From positions 2,232,001 through 2,296,000 of the forward strand of contig CATNEN010000039.1 in the NCBI GenBank assembly GCA_950097015.1: DNA of 64,000 bases. The letters run 5' to 3'. Within the stretch, counting starts at the first letter, position 1, and the number at the start of each line of letters is the position of its first letter. Positions 62,719 through 64,000 of the stretch are shown here, piece after piece. Source of the stretch: Macrostomum hystrix. Taxonomy: Eukaryota > Animalia > Platyhelminthes. The notes below the pieces were generated by a model. The model saw only the letters and a list, made by a program, of their open reading frames with translations. It was not told where the DNA came from and did not search any database. The position numbers were made by a program, and so were the translations under genes.

Positions 62719-63948
62719 TTATATCTCGTCCGGGTCGCTGATCACGGTGCCGTCTGGTCGAGTCAGAGCACAATGACCTGCGGCTACATGCAAGTCGGTT
62801 CCGTCCGCTGCCGACCTGGACGCATTGTCTTCGCTGGTTGAATCGACAAATTCGATGTCCAGTTGTTCGTCTTCATTCGACCGATAGCCATTCGCAGCCT
62901 CGGTGTTGGCTCTGGCAGCCGAGGACGTCAGGAAGAGTTCCGGCGTCTGCCGCTGCAGCCTTCGCCGCCTTCGCTTCCGTCGCCAGCGGACAAAGAGGAC
63001 AGCCACGATGATGACTAGCAGCAGCAGCAGCGTCGGCAGCAGCACAGCCAGCGCGATTTCGGAGCTGCGCAATCCGTCCCCGTCAGCATCATCGTCGTCT
63101 CGTCGTCTGTGACTGGCTGTCGCTGTGTTGCAGGCGATGGTCGCTCGCGTGACCAGGTCAGCCACAGACAGGTAGACTCGCCAGACGGCCTCCGGGTCGC
63201 CCGAGGAGCTGGCCGAAGCCGCAGCCACCTCGTGCATCACCAGCTGCTGCAGCGCCACGCCAAGCATGTTGCGCCAGAGCGGTCGCAGCTTCACGCAGTC
63301 TCGCAAGCTTATCGGCAACGAGCCGTTGTCGCTGCCGCCTCCAGACGGATCAGGCAGCGGAGCCAGTCTGGCGTAGAACACGCCGAACGAGTCCAGCTCC
63401 CGCCGAGCCTGGGCCGAGTCGATCGCCAGCTGTCGGACAAAGTCCATGAATGCGCCGGAGAACACGTTATAGGTGTCGAAGGCCACGTCCTGGTAGCTGG
63501 ACGATGTCGAAGATGGCGCCGAATGTGGCAGCGCTGCAGTCGCGGACGCAGCGCCTGAGATGCTGAGCTTCACGTCGGCCTTGAGGCAGTCCAAGGCGGG
63601 CAGCAGGCCGCCCAGGGTGGGGTCGGGGCAGCAGAGGTCGAAGCAGCCCGTGCCGGCCGGCCGGGCCAGCCAGCGCTTTGCGCAGGTGGCTGCTTCGCCC
63701 AGCTGCGGCCGCAGACGCAGGTTCAGCGCGGCTATCCCGCTGGCAAAGTCTGCCGCTAAAGAGGCCGCTTCGCTGCGGTCTTCTGACTTGGAGTCTGCCG
63801 CAGCCACGGCCGCCAGGGTTTGTGCCAGGCTCCGGTGCAGGCTGCTGAAGTTGCAACCGGAGCCGCATATGTCGGCCAGGCTGATGGCGTTGCAGTCGGA
63901 GAACGCTGCCGCGGTCAGCACTAGCAGCAGCAGCGGCCGCGGCGGCAT
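62719..63948 (-). CDS. Uncharacterised single-pass type I membrane protein (~409 aa)
   Basis: ATG at 63948, 2 nt after an acceptor (TTCTTCTGTACAG). Signal peptide MPPRPLLLLVLTAAAFSDCNA, Cys-containing ectodomain, TM IALAVLLPTLLLLLVIIVAVLFV, stop-transfer RWRRKRRRRR, acidic tail. GC-rich coding composition. Confidence 0.75.
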   Translation of the reverse strand: MPPRPLLLLVLTAAAFSDCNAISLADICGSGCNFSSLHRSLAQTLAAVAAADSKSEDRSEAASLAADFASGIAALNLRLRPQLGEAATCAKRWLARPAGTGCFDLCCPDPTLGGLLPALDCLKADVKLSISGAASATAALPHSAPSSTSSSYQDVAFDTYNVFSGAFMDFVRQLAIDSAQARRELDSFGVFYARLAPLPDPSGGGSDNGSLPISLRDCVKLRPLWRNMLGVALQQLVMHEVAAASASSSGDPEAVWRVYLSVADLVTRATIACNTATASHRRRDDDDADGDGLRSSEIALAVLLPTLLLLLVIIVAVLFVRWRRKRRRRRLQRQTPELFLTSSAARANTEAANGYRSNEDEQLDIEFVDSTSEDNASRSAADGTDLHVAAGHCALTRPDGTVISDPDEI

Positions 63949-64000
63949 TACTGTACAGAAGAAAAGAGGAACAGAGAAGCCAAGAATAATCAAGCCAGGT

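Noticed and set aside
60616-62776. ORFs over the two 33-bp arrays
   Set aside because: They are repeat translations open on both strands between convergent 3' ends.

Overview
Eukaryotic (animal) genomic DNA, not prokaryotic. GC-rich spliced exons sit among AT-rich intergenic DNA, and roughly 20 kb (about 30% by my rough sum) is tandem minisatellite. This style suggests a free-living flatworm such as Macrostomum, which is an inference. I could build exon models with consistent phases for five multi-exon genes: eIF2B-beta (-), a CNK/CNKSR scaffold (+; SAM-CRIC-PDZ-PH, 10 exons), MFSD12 (+), coronin-7 (+) and a probable taperin/phostensin-like PP1-binding protein (+). Two further genes have single coding exons: a divergent BIR(+UBA-like) IAP (+) and an unknown type-I membrane protein (-). 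Mobile DNA includes two mariners (one with about 200-bp TIRs, one near-intact and nested in a P-like MITE), a nest of 8-bp-TSD MITEs, a hAT-like MITE, a Gypsy RT relic, two tRNA-derived SINE families and an internally deleted Crypton-type (tyrosine recombinase) element with a large hairpin. The most notable signals are four: (1) a 48-nt inverted copy of the neighbouring gene's start-codon region embedded in a MITE; (2) the Crypton-like element architecture; (3) a different private tandem array in most large introns, often abutting splice sites and carrying splice-signal-like motifs; (4) a candidate E2F/CHR internal promoter in CNK that could make a PH-only isoform. No novel system can be proven from sequence alone.
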